The translations under genes were made by a program, and so were the position numbers. Positions 27,045 to 36,581 of a stretch of 64,000 nucleotides of DNA are shown here, piece by piece (positions within the stretch are counted from its first letter, which is position 1; each line of letters starts with the position of its first letter). The notes below the pieces were generated by a model. The model saw only the letters and a program-made list of their open reading frames with translations. It was not told the origin of the DNA and did no database searches. The DNA is from an uncultured virus (IMG/VR IMGVR_UViG_3300050335_000078). Taxonomy: Duplodnaviria > Heunggongvirae > Uroviricota > Caudoviricetes. Location: the IMG/VR virus record IMGVR_UViG_3300050335_000078, one strand, 5' to 3'.

Positions 27045-28283
27045 ATGGAACGAAGTATTCTGCACAGTGATCTGAATAGCTTTTACGCGTCTGTTGAAAT
27101 GATGCTTGACCCGTCTTTGAAAGGTAAGGCCGTAGCGGTGTGCGGCAGTACCGAAGACAGGCACGGGATTGTGCTCGCAAAATCAGACCTTGCGAAGAAA
27201 GCGGGAGTCAAAACCGGCATGGTCACATGGGAAGCAAAGCAGAAATGCCCCGGCCTTATCGCCCTGCCGCCCCAATACGAACAATATCTGAAGTATTCCA
27301 GGCTGACAAGAGAAATCTATCTTCGGTATACCGACCAAGTGGAGCCATTTGGCATGGACGAGTGTTGGATCGACGTAACGGGCAGCCGGAAAATCTTCGG
27401 CAGCGGCATAGAGATCGCGGAAGAAATCAGGAAAAGCGTGCGCGAGGAACTTGGACTTACCGTGAGCATCGGCATCAGCTTCAACAAAATCTTCGCCAAA
27501 TTGGGCAGCGATATGAAAAAGCCGGATGCGATCACTGTTATAGAAGAGGCGGACTTTCAGACAAAAGTGTGGCCTTTACCAGCATCCAACCTTTTATTTG
27601 TCGGGAGGGCGACGACGAAAAAGCTGGAGAAGTACGGGATCAATACTATCGGGGATATAGCGAAAGCTCAGCCGGAATTTCTGAAAATGCTCTTGGGCAT
27701 CAATGGTATCATGCTGTGGAAGTTCGCAAACGGCACAGATCAGTCTCGCGTCATGCAAACGGATTATGTATCGCCCGTGAAATCTGTAGGCCATGGTATC
27801 ACATGCGTTGCCGACCTTGAAAACAACGAAGAGGTCTGGAAGGTCATGCTGGAGCTTTCACAGGATATCGGGCATAGGCTGCGTATACACGAACTTTCAG
27901 CAAAGGGCGTGCAGATCACGGTCAAGGATAATGAGCTAATGTACAAACAGTATCAGGCTCAGCTTCCCTTCCCCACACAAAGCCCGATGGCGATAGCTTT
28001 GCAAGCCCGTAGCCTGTTTGAAAGTAATTATCGGTGGATTTCAAACGTCCGGGCGGTTACCGTTCGCGCGATCAGTCTTGTACCTAGGAATACGCCGCAG
28101 CAGTTGGGGCTGTTTGACGATGCAGTCAAGCGGGAAAGGCGTGACCGGTTGGAAGATACCATTGATAAAATCAGAATACGGTTTGGAAACAGAGCCATCT
28201 ATTCGGTATCGCTTATGGGCGATATCAAAATGCCGGGAAGAGGCGTACATGAGGTTGTTATGCCGGGGATTATGTATCAGTAA
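27045..28283 (+). CDS. dinB: Y-family DNA polymerase (Pol IV/DinB-like)
   Basis: ILHSDLNSFYASVE, GMDECWID, AKLGSDMKKPD. Confidence 0.92.
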   Translation: MERSILHSDLNSFYASVEMMLDPSLKGKAVAVCGSTEDRHGIVLAKSDLAKKAGVKTGMVTWEAKQKCPGLIALPPQYEQYLKYSRLTREIYLRYTDQVEPFGMDECWIDVTGSRKIFGSGIEIAEEIRKSVREELGLTVSIGISFNKIFAKLGSDMKKPDAITVIEEADFQTKVWPLPASNLLFVGRATTKKLEKYGINTIGDIAKAQPEFLKMLLGINGIMLWKFANGTDQSRVMQTDYVSPVKSVGHGITCVADLENNEEVWKVMLELSQDIGHRLRIHELSAKGVQITVKDNELMYKQYQAQLPFPTQSPMAIALQARSLFESNYRWISNVRAVTVRAISLVPRNTPQQLGLFDDAVKRERRDRLEDTIDKIRIRFGNRAIYSVSLMGDIKMPGRGVHEVVMPGIMYQ

Positions 28284-28295
28284 AAGAGGAGTCAT

Positions 28296-28610
28296 ATGGA
28301 AATGAGGAAACTGCCTATAAAATGCAGCCACGGACACCGCCTTTTCGACGCTGTCAATGGCTCAAAACTAAGCATTAAGATTAAATGCGGCAATAAAAAA
28401 ACCTGTCCGCATAAAGCCAATTGCTTGAAACAAACTGAGATTATATTCGGAGGCGAAAAGGATGATTTCTGCGGCCTATACAGGCACCTTTCTTGTCCGA
28501 TGTGCAATAAGCGCATTTTTGATGCCACCAAGGACAGCCTGGGGATAGTACAAATCAAATGCGACCATTGCGGAAAAGTTGTAGACATTTCGCTCGGAAT
28601 GAGCGCCTAA
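28296..28610 (+). CDS. Tandem Com-like zinc-ribbon protein
   Basis: Two C..(G/C)xRxFD...IKC units: CSHGHRLFD...IKC and CPMCNKRIFD...IKCDHC; AGGAG SD. Confidence 0.7.
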   Translation: MEMRKLPIKCSHGHRLFDAVNGSKLSIKIKCGNKKTCPHKANCLKQTEIIFGGEKDDFCGLYRHLSCPMCNKRIFDATKDSLGIVQIKCDHCGKVVDISLGMSA

Positions 28611-28639
28611 AACCCATTCAGAGTCTCTTTCTGTTACTG

Positions 28640-28752
28640 AGCACCGGAGCATAGCGCCGCTATAGCTACCACGGCGAGAGCAGAAACCGAAAAAAATTAA
28701 ATATTTAACCATACCAAGCACCGGAGCCGGACGATTTCTGAGCTACCACGGC
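28640..28752 (+). repeat. Two copies of bipartite motif AGCACCGGAGC-N13-AGCTACCACGGC
   Basis: Copies at 28640-28675 and 28717-28752, identical boxes and spacing. Confidence 0.9.
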
Positions 28753-28791
28753 TGGATGATTACTGATTTAAAGTAACATCCAGCTTTTTTT
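28751..28791 (+). terminator. Leader terminator (attenuator candidate)
   Basis: GCTGGATG / CATCCAGC stem followed by T7. Confidence 0.7.
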
Positions 28792-28848
28792 ATCTCAGTA
28801 ATCGCCCGGTTTTGTCATGTTCGGCTCCCAACACGAAAGGAGCCAAAC

Positions 28849-29316
28849 ATGGAAAATCAACAACGCTTTATTGAAATCGACGGACAGCAAGTACTTGTCA
28901 CTGAAGAGGTATACCGTGCCTATAAACGCCCGCTCTGGACGGAGCAAAAACGCAAAGAACGAGAAAAACGCTGCCGTGATAAAAACGGCAACCGCTGCAC
29001 TGGTGACTGCAACAAGTGTGACAATCAGCGGACAGGCAGTGTCCTCTCACTTAACGGCCTTATTGAAGAAAGCGGCTTTGAACTGACTGACGCCGTTGAT
29101 ATCGCTGAACTTGCCGCGGACAAATTGCTGTTCGAAGAATTGTACGCCGCTCTTGATGAACTGGACCCGGACAACCGCCGCATCATGCTGCTTTTCAGTA
29201 TTGGGAAGTCCGAGCGGGAGATCGCAGCCGAAGTCGGCCTGTCCCAGAAAGCGGTCAACAAGCGTAAGGTCAAGCTGTTTGCTCACTTATGGGAACGACT
29301 CAAAGATTATGTCTGA
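28849..29316 (+). CDS. Sigma-70 region-4-like transcriptional regulator
   Basis: C-terminal HTH SEREIAAEVGLSQKAVNKR; Cys cluster CR...RCTGDCNKC. Confidence 0.82.
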   Translation: MENQQRFIEIDGQQVLVTEEVYRAYKRPLWTEQKRKEREKRCRDKNGNRCTGDCNKCDNQRTGSVLSLNGLIEESGFELTDAVDIAELAADKLLFEELYAALDELDPDNRRIMLLFSIGKSEREIAAEVGLSQKAVNKRKVKLFAHLWERLKDYV

Positions 29317-29319
29317 GCC

Positions 29320-29360
29320 GTACTCAAAATGCAACCGAATGTCCTTTGAATAGTGAGGGG
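29320..29360 (+). promoter_or_regulatory. Conserved site GTACTCA-N13-TGTCCT (copy 1)
   Basis: Recurs with identical spacing at 33541 and 60933. Confidence 0.7.
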
Positions 29361-29392
29361 AAAAAACAGCCCTCGGAACAGGAGGTTCAAAA

Positions 29393-29575
29393 ATGCAAAC
29401 CCAGGCTAAACAAACCGACACCGAAATCCGCGACCGCGAGATAGACGAGGAATTGGCGGATGTACTGACGGCAATCAGCGTGGTGTCAAAACGCCTCGCC
29501 CGTAAGCTGGCCACGCTTTCGCGGCAAAAAAAAGAAGAGCCGGAAGGAGAAAAATCGGATGAGCATGACAAGTGA
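29393..29575 (+). CDS. Phage hypothetical protein
   Basis: GGAGG SD, 60 aa, overlaps next gene. Confidence 0.7.
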   Translation: MQTQAKQTDTEIRDREIDEELADVLTAISVVSKRLARKLATLSRQKKEEPEGEKSDEHDK

Positions 29576-29891
29576 ACTGTCTCTTGCGGTAACGGAACTG
29601 AAGCGCTGCGGTGAAGCGCTGATCAGTATTTCAGAATCTCTTGCCGGCTTGTTAAGCGGTATCAGTAATGACGAAACCCCGGATCAGCCGAAGGTTGAAG
29701 CCCCTGCGCCGGAGGAAAAGCCCATCGCTCTTGAGACGGTCAGGGCCGTACTCGCGGAGAAATCGCGTGCCGGTTATACCGCCAAGGTTCGGGAACTGCT
29801 CGAAAAGCACGGCGCCGGAAAACTTTCGGAAATTAACCCGGTGGAATACCCGGCACTGCTTGCGGAAGCCGAGGTGCTGGGAAATGAGTAA
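29559..29891 (+). CDS. Conserved phage protein preceding DUF2800
   Basis: LETVRAVLAEKSRAG...KLSEI motif; position. Confidence 0.75.
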   Translation: MSMTSELSLAVTELKRCGEALISISESLAGLLSGISNDETPDQPKVEAPAPEEKPIALETVRAVLAEKSRAGYTAKVRELLEKHGAGKLSEINPVEYPALLAEAEVLGNE

Positions 29892-31005
29892 ACACGCTCT
29901 CCTTTCAGCTTCCTCTTCCCACAGGTGGTTGAACTGCCCGCCATCCGCAAGGCTCTGTGAAAGCTTCGAGGACAAAGGCAGCGGCTATGCCGCCGAAGGC
30001 ACGGACGCGCATTCGCTCTGTGAATATAAGCTGAAAATCGCACTCGGTATTCCGGCGAAAGACCCTACCTCCGACCTGACCTACTATAACGAGGAAATGG
30101 AGGAATGCGCCAATGGGTACGCCGCTTACATCATCGAATTGGCGGAAACAGCTAAACAAAACTGCGCCGACCCGGTTGTCCTTATCGAACAGCGGCTCGA
30201 CTTCTCCAAATATGTTGAAAGCGGCTTCGGCACCGGCGACTGCGTAGTCATTGCGGACGGGACTCTCCAAATAGTGGATTACAAACACGGTCAGGGCGTT
30301 CTGGTGGAAGCCGAGGACAACCCGCAAATGAAACTATATGCGCTGGGCGCCCTGGAGATTTTCGACGGCATTTACGATATCGATACGGCTTCTATGACTG
30401 TCTATCAGCCCCGGCGCGACAACATATCCACCCATACGGTTTTTAAGGAGTCCCTTTACAAATGGGCCGAGGAGGTACTAAAGCCAACCGCCGAGCTTGC
30501 TTACGCCGGAGACGGAGAATTTAATTGCGGCGAATGGTGCCAGTTCTGCAAAGCGAAACATAACTGCCGCGCCATGGCTTACCATAACATGGGACTCGCC
30601 CGATACGACTTTAAACTTCCCCCCCTACTTTCGGACGACGAGATCGAGGATATCCTCGGTAAAATCGACGACCTGGTCTCGTGGGCTTCGGACATTAAAG
30701 ACTACGCCCTGCAGGCTGCCATCGGCGGGAAGCAGTGGCACGGCTGGAAGCTGGTCGAAGGCCGCTCCAACCGCAGGTATAAGGATGAAACAGCGGTCGC
30801 CGAAACTGTCATTGGTGCCGGGTTTGACCCGTATGAACATAAGGTTCTCGGAGTCACCGCCATGACATCTCTGCTCGGTAAAAAACGTTTTGAAGAAATC
30901 CTTGGAAACTACATTGAAAAACCGCAAGGCAAGCCAACGCTCGTACCGGAGAACGATAAACGCTCGGCAATCCATAACGCACAACAAGATTTTAATGAAA
31001 ATTAG
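29884..31005 (+). CDS. DUF2800 PD-(D/E)XK nuclease
   Basis: HALLSASSSHRWLNCPPS, FGTGD...IVDYKHG, C..C.FC; true start ATG 29884. Confidence 0.88.
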   Translation: MSKHALLSASSSHRWLNCPPSARLCESFEDKGSGYAAEGTDAHSLCEYKLKIALGIPAKDPTSDLTYYNEEMEECANGYAAYIIELAETAKQNCADPVVLIEQRLDFSKYVESGFGTGDCVVIADGTLQIVDYKHGQGVLVEAEDNPQMKLYALGALEIFDGIYDIDTASMTVYQPRRDNISTHTVFKESLYKWAEEVLKPTAELAYAGDGEFNCGEWCQFCKAKHNCRAMAYHNMGLARYDFKLPPLLSDDEIEDILGKIDDLVSWASDIKDYALQAAIGGKQWHGWKLVEGRSNRRYKDETAVAETVIGAGFDPYEHKVLGVTAMTSLLGKKRFEEILGNYIEKPQGKPTLVPENDKRSAIHNAQQDFNEN

Positions 31006-31017
31006 GAGGATAGTCTC

Positions 31018-31596
31018 ATGTCCAGAACTGAAACCAATGCCAATAACAACCCCATGAAAGTCATTACCGGCCCGGATACCCGTTGGTCTTACGCAAACAT
31101 CTGGGAAGCAAAATCGATTAACGGCGGCGCTCCGAAATTCTCGGTATCCCTTATTATCCCTAAGTCAGACACCCGTACCCTGGCAAGAATCAAGGCAGCG
31201 ATTGAAGCTGCTTATCATGAGGGTGAATCGAAGCTGAAAGGCAACGGAAAGTCTATACCTCCCCTCTCCGCCATCAAAACGCCCCTGCGCGATGGCGATA
31301 CCGAACGCCCGGATGATGCCGCCTATGCCAATGCTTACTTCATTAACGCCAACTCCGCTACAGCGCCAGGTATCGTGGATGCCGACTGCCAACCCATCGT
31401 CACGCGTTCCGAAGTATACAGTGGCGTTTACGGCAGAGCCAGCATCAACTTTTATGCTTTTAACAGCAATGGAAACAGAGGCATCGCCTGTGGACTAAAC
31501 AATTTGCAAAAGATACGTGACGGCGAACCGCTCGGCGGCAAGTCCAGGGCTGAGGACGATTTCGCAACTGACCTTAACGAGGACTTCCTCGCATGA
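31018..31596 (+). CDS. DUF2815 single-stranded DNA-binding protein
   Basis: RWSYAN...PLRDGD...VYSGVY...GEPLGG, acidic aromatic tail. Confidence 0.88.
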   Translation: MSRTETNANNNPMKVITGPDTRWSYANIWEAKSINGGAPKFSVSLIIPKSDTRTLARIKAAIEAAYHEGESKLKGNGKSIPPLSAIKTPLRDGDTERPDDAAYANAYFINANSATAPGIVDADCQPIVTRSEVYSGVYGRASINFYAFNSNGNRGIACGLNNLQKIRDGEPLGGKSRAEDDFATDLNEDFLA

Positions 31597-33533
31597 TGAC
31601 AGTCAATATAGACATCGAAACGTATAGCAGCATAGACCTCGCCAAAAGCGGGGTCTATCGTTATTGCGAGTCGCCTGACTTTGAAATTCTTCTGTTCGGC
31701 TACTCCGTTGACGGCGGTGAGGTTCAAGTAGTTGATATTGCTTGCGGAGAAACCCTGCCGCCTCATATTATCGCTGCCTTATCGGATGAAAACGTCACAA
31801 AATGGGCGTTCAACGCACAGTTTGAACGCGTTTGCTTGTCAAGATGGCTAGGGTTTCCCACAGGTCAATATCTTGACCCGCAGTCATGGCGCTGCACAAT
31901 GGTCTGGTCGGCATATATGGGTCTTCCGCTCTCACTGGAAGGATGCGGCGCTGTCCTCGGTCTGGAAAAGCAAAAATTGATGGAGGGAAAAGAGCTCATC
32001 CGCTACTTCTGCAAACCATGTAATCCCTCAACCGTCAATGGCGGCCGCACTCGAAACCTGCCGATCAACGTTCCTGACAAGTGGGCTGCTTTCAAATCAT
32101 ATAACCGCCGTGATGTTGAAACCGAAATGGCCATACAGGTAAAGCTGGCGGGGTTTCCCGTACCGGAAGGCATCTGGGCAGAATATCACCTCGACCAGGA
32201 GATTAACGACCGCGGCGTATCCCTGGATATGCCTTTCGTGCGTCAAGCCATTGATATGGATAACCACTCCCGTTCCGAGCTGACCCGCATGATGAAGGAA
32301 CTGACCGAACTCGACAACCCCAACTCCGTAATGCAGATGAAGCAGTGGCTTTCAGAACAAGGGCTCGAAACCGATACGCTCGGCAAAAAAGCGGTCGTGG
32401 AACTGCTGAAGACGGCTCCTAAACCGCTTGGTGATGTGCTTGAACTCAGGCAGTCATTAGCAAAGTCTTCGGTTAAGAAATACACTGCGATGGAAAACGC
32501 CGTCTGCGCCGACGGACGCGCCCGCGGGATGTTCCAGTTTTATGGCGCCAACCGCACTGGCCGATGGGCAGGCAGATTAATTCAATTGCAGAACCTGCCC
32601 CAGAACCACCTGCCGGATTTAGAACAGGCCCGAGGCCTTGTCCGCTGCGGGAATTTCAAAGCGTTGGAACTGCTTTACGGTTCTGTACCTGAAGTTCTCT
32701 CAGAACTCGTCCGTACCGCCTTTATTCCCAAACCCGGATGCAAATTCATCGTGGCGGATTTTTCTGCGATTGAGGCACGTGTCATCGCTTGGCTTGCAGG
32801 TGAACACTGGCGTAACGAGGTTTTCGCCACACACGGCAAAATCTACGAGGCGTCCGCTAGTCAGATGTTCAAAGTTCCAATTGAGAATATAACGAAAGGC
32901 TCTCCCCTGCGGCAGAAAGGTAAAATCGCCGAATTAGCCCTCGGCTATGGCGGCTCGGTCGGCGCTCTTAAAGCTATGGGCGCTTTGGAGATGGGGCTTG
33001 AGGAGGGCGAACTGCAGCCGCTCGTTTCCGCATGGCGTTCAGCGAATCCAAGTATCGTCCGGCTCTGGTGGGACGTTGACCGCGCCGCGATGAAGGCGGT
33101 CAGGGAACGCACCGTAACGGAGACAAAAGACATCCGTTTCTCCTGCCAAAGCGGGATGTTGTTTATCATGCTGCCATCCGGCAGACGGCTTGCCTATGTG
33201 AAACCGCGTATCGGAGTAAACCAATTCGGTTCGGACTGTATTACATACGAAGGTGTCGGAGGAACGAAAAAGTGGGAACGGATCGAAAGCTACGGACCCA
33301 AATTCGTTGAGAACATCGTGCAGGCTACAAGCCGGGATATTCTCTGCTATGCCATGCAGACGCTCCGGTACTGCTCCATTGTAATGCACATCCACGATGA
33401 GATTGTTATCGAAGCTGACCTCCGGATGTCCGCTGAAGCTGTATGCAAACAAATGAGCCGCACACCTTCCTGGGCAAACGGACTATTACTGCGGGCTGAC
33501 GGTTATGAAACAGAATTTTATAAAAAAGATTGA
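31593..33533 (+). CDS. Family A DNA polymerase (phage)
   Basis: DIET exonuclease motif, DFSAIEAR, RQKGK.AELALGYG, HIHDE. Confidence 0.92.
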   Translation: MMTVNIDIETYSSIDLAKSGVYRYCESPDFEILLFGYSVDGGEVQVVDIACGETLPPHIIAALSDENVTKWAFNAQFERVCLSRWLGFPTGQYLDPQSWRCTMVWSAYMGLPLSLEGCGAVLGLEKQKLMEGKELIRYFCKPCNPSTVNGGRTRNLPINVPDKWAAFKSYNRRDVETEMAIQVKLAGFPVPEGIWAEYHLDQEINDRGVSLDMPFVRQAIDMDNHSRSELTRMMKELTELDNPNSVMQMKQWLSEQGLETDTLGKKAVVELLKTAPKPLGDVLELRQSLAKSSVKKYTAMENAVCADGRARGMFQFYGANRTGRWAGRLIQLQNLPQNHLPDLEQARGLVRCGNFKALELLYGSVPEVLSELVRTAFIPKPGCKFIVADFSAIEARVIAWLAGEHWRNEVFATHGKIYEASASQMFKVPIENITKGSPLRQKGKIAELALGYGGSVGALKAMGALEMGLEEGELQPLVSAWRSANPSIVRLWWDVDRAAMKAVRERTVTETKDIRFSCQSGMLFIMLPSGRRLAYVKPRIGVNQFGSDCITYEGVGGTKKWERIESYGPKFVENIVQATSRDILCYAMQTLRYCSIVMHIHDEIVIEADLRMSAEAVCKQMSRTPSWANGLLLRADGYETEFYKKD

Positions 33534-33540
33534 TGCTTTG

Positions 33541-33581
33541 GTACTCACAGTGGCTGTATCTGTCCTGTGACTGTCAGAGGG
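33541..33581 (+). promoter_or_regulatory. Conserved site GTACTCA-N13-TGTCCT (copy 2)
   Basis: Exact boxes and spacing. Confidence 0.7.
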
Positions 33582-33612
33582 CAACAACGCCTTCAAAAAA
33601 GGAGGGTGAATT

Positions 33613-34047
33613 TTGAGCATCAATAAATTCAATTCAGAAGGTTATTACGACCCTACAGCTTACGAAGCCCTAACGGCTGTAGAAAAAGAGGCTAAGGCCG
33701 AAAAAGCCTTCAGACCTATGGTGTATATCTGCTCTCCCTATGCCGGGGACATCAAACGGAATACCGAGTCAGCGAGGCGATACAGTCGCTTTGCGGTTGA
33801 CAGCGGATGCATTCCCGTTACGCCGCACTTGTTATATCCACAGTTTCTCAACGACGCAGATCCCGCCGAGCGCCAGCTGGGTCTCTTCTTCGGAAATGCG
33901 CTGATGGGCAAATGTGCCGAGGTCTGGGTATTCGGCAGCACCATCTCAGCCGGTATGGAGGTTGAAATCAAGAGAGCCAAGCGTAAGGACTACCGCTTGC
34001 GCTACTTTAACGAAGATTGCGAGGAAACTGCATCATGCGAGATTTAA
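33613..34047 (+). CDS. DUF4406-like protein
   Basis: Paralog of 5472-5906; VYICSPY. Confidence 0.78.
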   Translation: MSINKFNSEGYYDPTAYEALTAVEKEAKAEKAFRPMVYICSPYAGDIKRNTESARRYSRFAVDSGCIPVTPHLLYPQFLNDADPAERQLGLFFGNALMGKCAEVWVFGSTISAGMEVEIKRAKRKDYRLRYFNEDCEETASCEI

Positions 34048-36344
34048 AAATTGCGCTTGGCAACTCCCGTCAGGCAAAAATATGGTCAAACAAGACCATG
34101 TCTTTTCAAGAAATATGTGATCGGCTAAGAACGCCCATACGTACTACTGAAACGGCCGAAGAATATCCAAAGCTACCCAAAGGCCGACGTGATGAGATTA
34201 AAGACAAGGGCGGATTCGTCGGCGGACACCTGCGCGATAATCTGCGTAAGGTCGCAAATGTAGACTGTCGTTCTATATGGACGCCTGATATTGACCACGC
34301 TACGCCGGAGTTCATTGCGGCGCTCAAGGAAAAGTTCCCCTTCTGCTGCGCCGTGTATTCGACTCACGGTCATGTGCCGGAAGCACCAAGACTCCGTATT
34401 GTCGCGCCTTTCACGAGAGATGTATCCGCGGACGAATATGCGGCGGTATCCCGTTATCTGGCGGCAAATATCGGCATCGATATGTTTGATGAGTGTTCCT
34501 TTATTCCGAATCAGCTGATGTACTGGCCTACCTGTCCATCAAACGGCGAATATATATGCAGAACCTTTGAAGGAGAATTACTTGACCCGGACGCGGTGCT
34601 TGCGGCGCATCCTAATTGGCGTAATTGTTCGCTTCTTCCCACAACGGCGCGGGAGAGCAAAGTAAATGCGCCAGCCAAAGGGACGCAGGAGGACCCGCTT
34701 ACGAAGTCCGGCGCAGTAGGCGCGTTCTGCCGCTCCTATACTATTGAAAGCGCAATCGGTAAGTTCCTCCCAGACATATACGCCCCCTCGGCAATGGAAG
34801 GCCGATACGATTATATCCCAGCGGACAGCAGCGCCGGCGTTGTGGTTTATGATGATAAATTTGCCTACAGCCATCACGCGACAGACCCCGCCTGCGGAAA
34901 GCTGCTTAATGCTTTTGACCTCGTGCGTATCCACAAATTCGGCGACGACGATAAAAAGTCCTTTACCGCTATGATGGACTTTGCGGTAAAGGACGAGCTA
35001 GTCAGCGCCACGCTTCTGCGAGAAAAACAGGAGGCTGCTGCGGCGGAGTTTGATGACTGGACGAAGGCGCTCCGGCGAGATCGCGGCGGGCTGCTTCAAA
35101 ACAGTCTGCACAACATTACGCTCATCATGGAGAACGACGATAAGCTAAAGGCAATCTGCTTTAACCAGCTCGCCGACGGCATGGAGATAAAGGGCGATGT
35201 GCCGTGGCAGCACCCTGCACGGTTCTGGCGGGACGCCGACGACGCTCAGCTTATCTGCTATGTGGACGCCAACTATGGCACCTTCTCGGCGCGGAACTAC
35301 CAGATCGCCGTCGCAAAGGTCGTCGATGACCGCTCCTATCATCCCATCCGCGAGCATCTTGCTTCGCTCCCGCTATGGGACGGTAATGAACGCGCCGAAA
35401 GCATCCTCATCGATTATCTCGGCGCGGAGGACAACGCCTATACCCGAGCTGTCACACGAAAGACTTTATGCGGAGCCGTGGCGCGAGTAAAGCAGCCCGG
35501 GATCAAATTCGACAATATTCTCGTGCTAAACGGCGATCAGGGTATCGGAAAGTCTACGCTTATCGCCAAACTGGGCGGTGAATGGTACTCAGACAGCTTG
35601 TCCCTTACGGATATGAACGACAAGACCGCTGCTGAAAAGCTGCAAGGTTATTGGATTCTTGAAATCGGAGAGCTTGCCGGTATGAAGAAAGCGGACATCG
35701 ACAAGGTCAAGGCGTTCATCTCCCGTCAGGACGACAAGTACCGCGCCTCCTTCGGCCGCCGTGTTACGCCGCATCCAAGGCAGTGTATTTTCTTCGGCAC
35801 TACCAACTCGCAGAACGGTTATCTTCGCGATATTACGGGCAACCGCCGCTTCTGGACGGTCAGAACTCCCGGTACCGGCAAGCTGAAACCGTGGAATCTG
35901 ACGAATGAGGATGTTCAGCAAATATGGGCGGAGGTACTGGTGCTCGTCGGTAAAGGCGAAAAACTCTATCTCGACAGCAGCCTCGAAACCTATTCTCAGA
36001 CGGAGCAGGCCAACGCAATGGAGCAGGACGACCGCGAAGGTCTTGTCAGCGCGTATTTGAACCTGCTTTTGCCGGAGAACTGGGCTGCCATGGACATTTA
36101 TGCAAGGCAGGAATTCATCAGAGACCCCGACAGCCCGACCCAGCCGAAAGGCACCGTTGTACGCGACAGCGTAAGCAATCTGGAAATATGGTGCGAATGT
36201 TTCGGCAAGCGCAAGGAGGACATCAAGCCCTCCGACTCGTATGCGATAGCTTCTATCATGCTTCGCATCGAGGGCTGGCATAAAACCGACGAGCGGGAGA
36301 CGCAGCCCATCTACGGCAGGCAGCGCTTGTATAAGCGGCAATGA
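34035..36344 (+). CDS. VapE primase/helicase
   Basis: MRDLKIA start, GDQGIGKS, YLRDITGNRRFW. Confidence 0.9.
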   Translation: MRDLKIALGNSRQAKIWSNKTMSFQEICDRLRTPIRTTETAEEYPKLPKGRRDEIKDKGGFVGGHLRDNLRKVANVDCRSIWTPDIDHATPEFIAALKEKFPFCCAVYSTHGHVPEAPRLRIVAPFTRDVSADEYAAVSRYLAANIGIDMFDECSFIPNQLMYWPTCPSNGEYICRTFEGELLDPDAVLAAHPNWRNCSLLPTTARESKVNAPAKGTQEDPLTKSGAVGAFCRSYTIESAIGKFLPDIYAPSAMEGRYDYIPADSSAGVVVYDDKFAYSHHATDPACGKLLNAFDLVRIHKFGDDDKKSFTAMMDFAVKDELVSATLLREKQEAAAAEFDDWTKALRRDRGGLLQNSLHNITLIMENDDKLKAICFNQLADGMEIKGDVPWQHPARFWRDADDAQLICYVDANYGTFSARNYQIAVAKVVDDRSYHPIREHLASLPLWDGNERAESILIDYLGAEDNAYTRAVTRKTLCGAVARVKQPGIKFDNILVLNGDQGIGKSTLIAKLGGEWYSDSLSLTDMNDKTAAEKLQGYWILEIGELAGMKKADIDKVKAFISRQDDKYRASFGRRVTPHPRQCIFFGTTNSQNGYLRDITGNRRFWTVRTPGTGKLKPWNLTNEDVQQIWAEVLVLVGKGEKLYLDSSLETYSQTEQANAMEQDDREGLVSAYLNLLLPENWAAMDIYARQEFIRDPDSPTQPKGTVVRDSVSNLEIWCECFGKRKEDIKPSDSYAIASIMLRIEGWHKTDERETQPIYGRQRLYKRQ

Positions 36345-36562
36345 CAATCCATGCGGACAACCTCATATGGACAACCGCGCAAGCTTGTCCCTGTCCCAGA
36401 GGTTGTCCGCAAAAAAGCGCTGTTTTTCCCGCTAAATCAACCCAAATAAGGACAAGAGGACAACTTTTTCTTTATAGCACAAATACATTAAAAATTTAAA
36501 TAGAAATAGTGTCCTGACACACGCATTTGCGCGCGTATAGGAAAAGTTGCCCCAGTTGTCCC
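36342..36562. other. Putative replication origin (GGACAA/TTGTCC iterons around AT-rich core)
   Basis: GGACAA at 36355, 36369, 36450, 36458; TTGTCC at 36385, 36403, 36555. Confidence 0.6.
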
Positions 36563-36581
36563 GGAGAATTAAACGGAGGAA

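Noticed and set aside
28640..28752. Bipartite repeat as a mini-CRISPR
   Set aside because: Only two copies with a variable middle; better explained as leader motifs
29668..29883. N-terminal extension of the DUF2800 ORF in the ORF track
   Set aside because: Overlaps the upstream gene in another frame; family-like sequence starts at ATG 29884
29884..31005. DUF2800 as a Cas4 indicating CRISPR adaptation
   Set aside because: Standard member of this phage PolA replication module; no array or cas1/cas2
35589..36347. Long antisense ORFs (also 55206-56015, 61698-62414, 53013-53663) and the overlapping same-strand ORF 27140-27820
   Set aside because: Shadows of well-supported genes in GC-rich DNA; no motifs or SD
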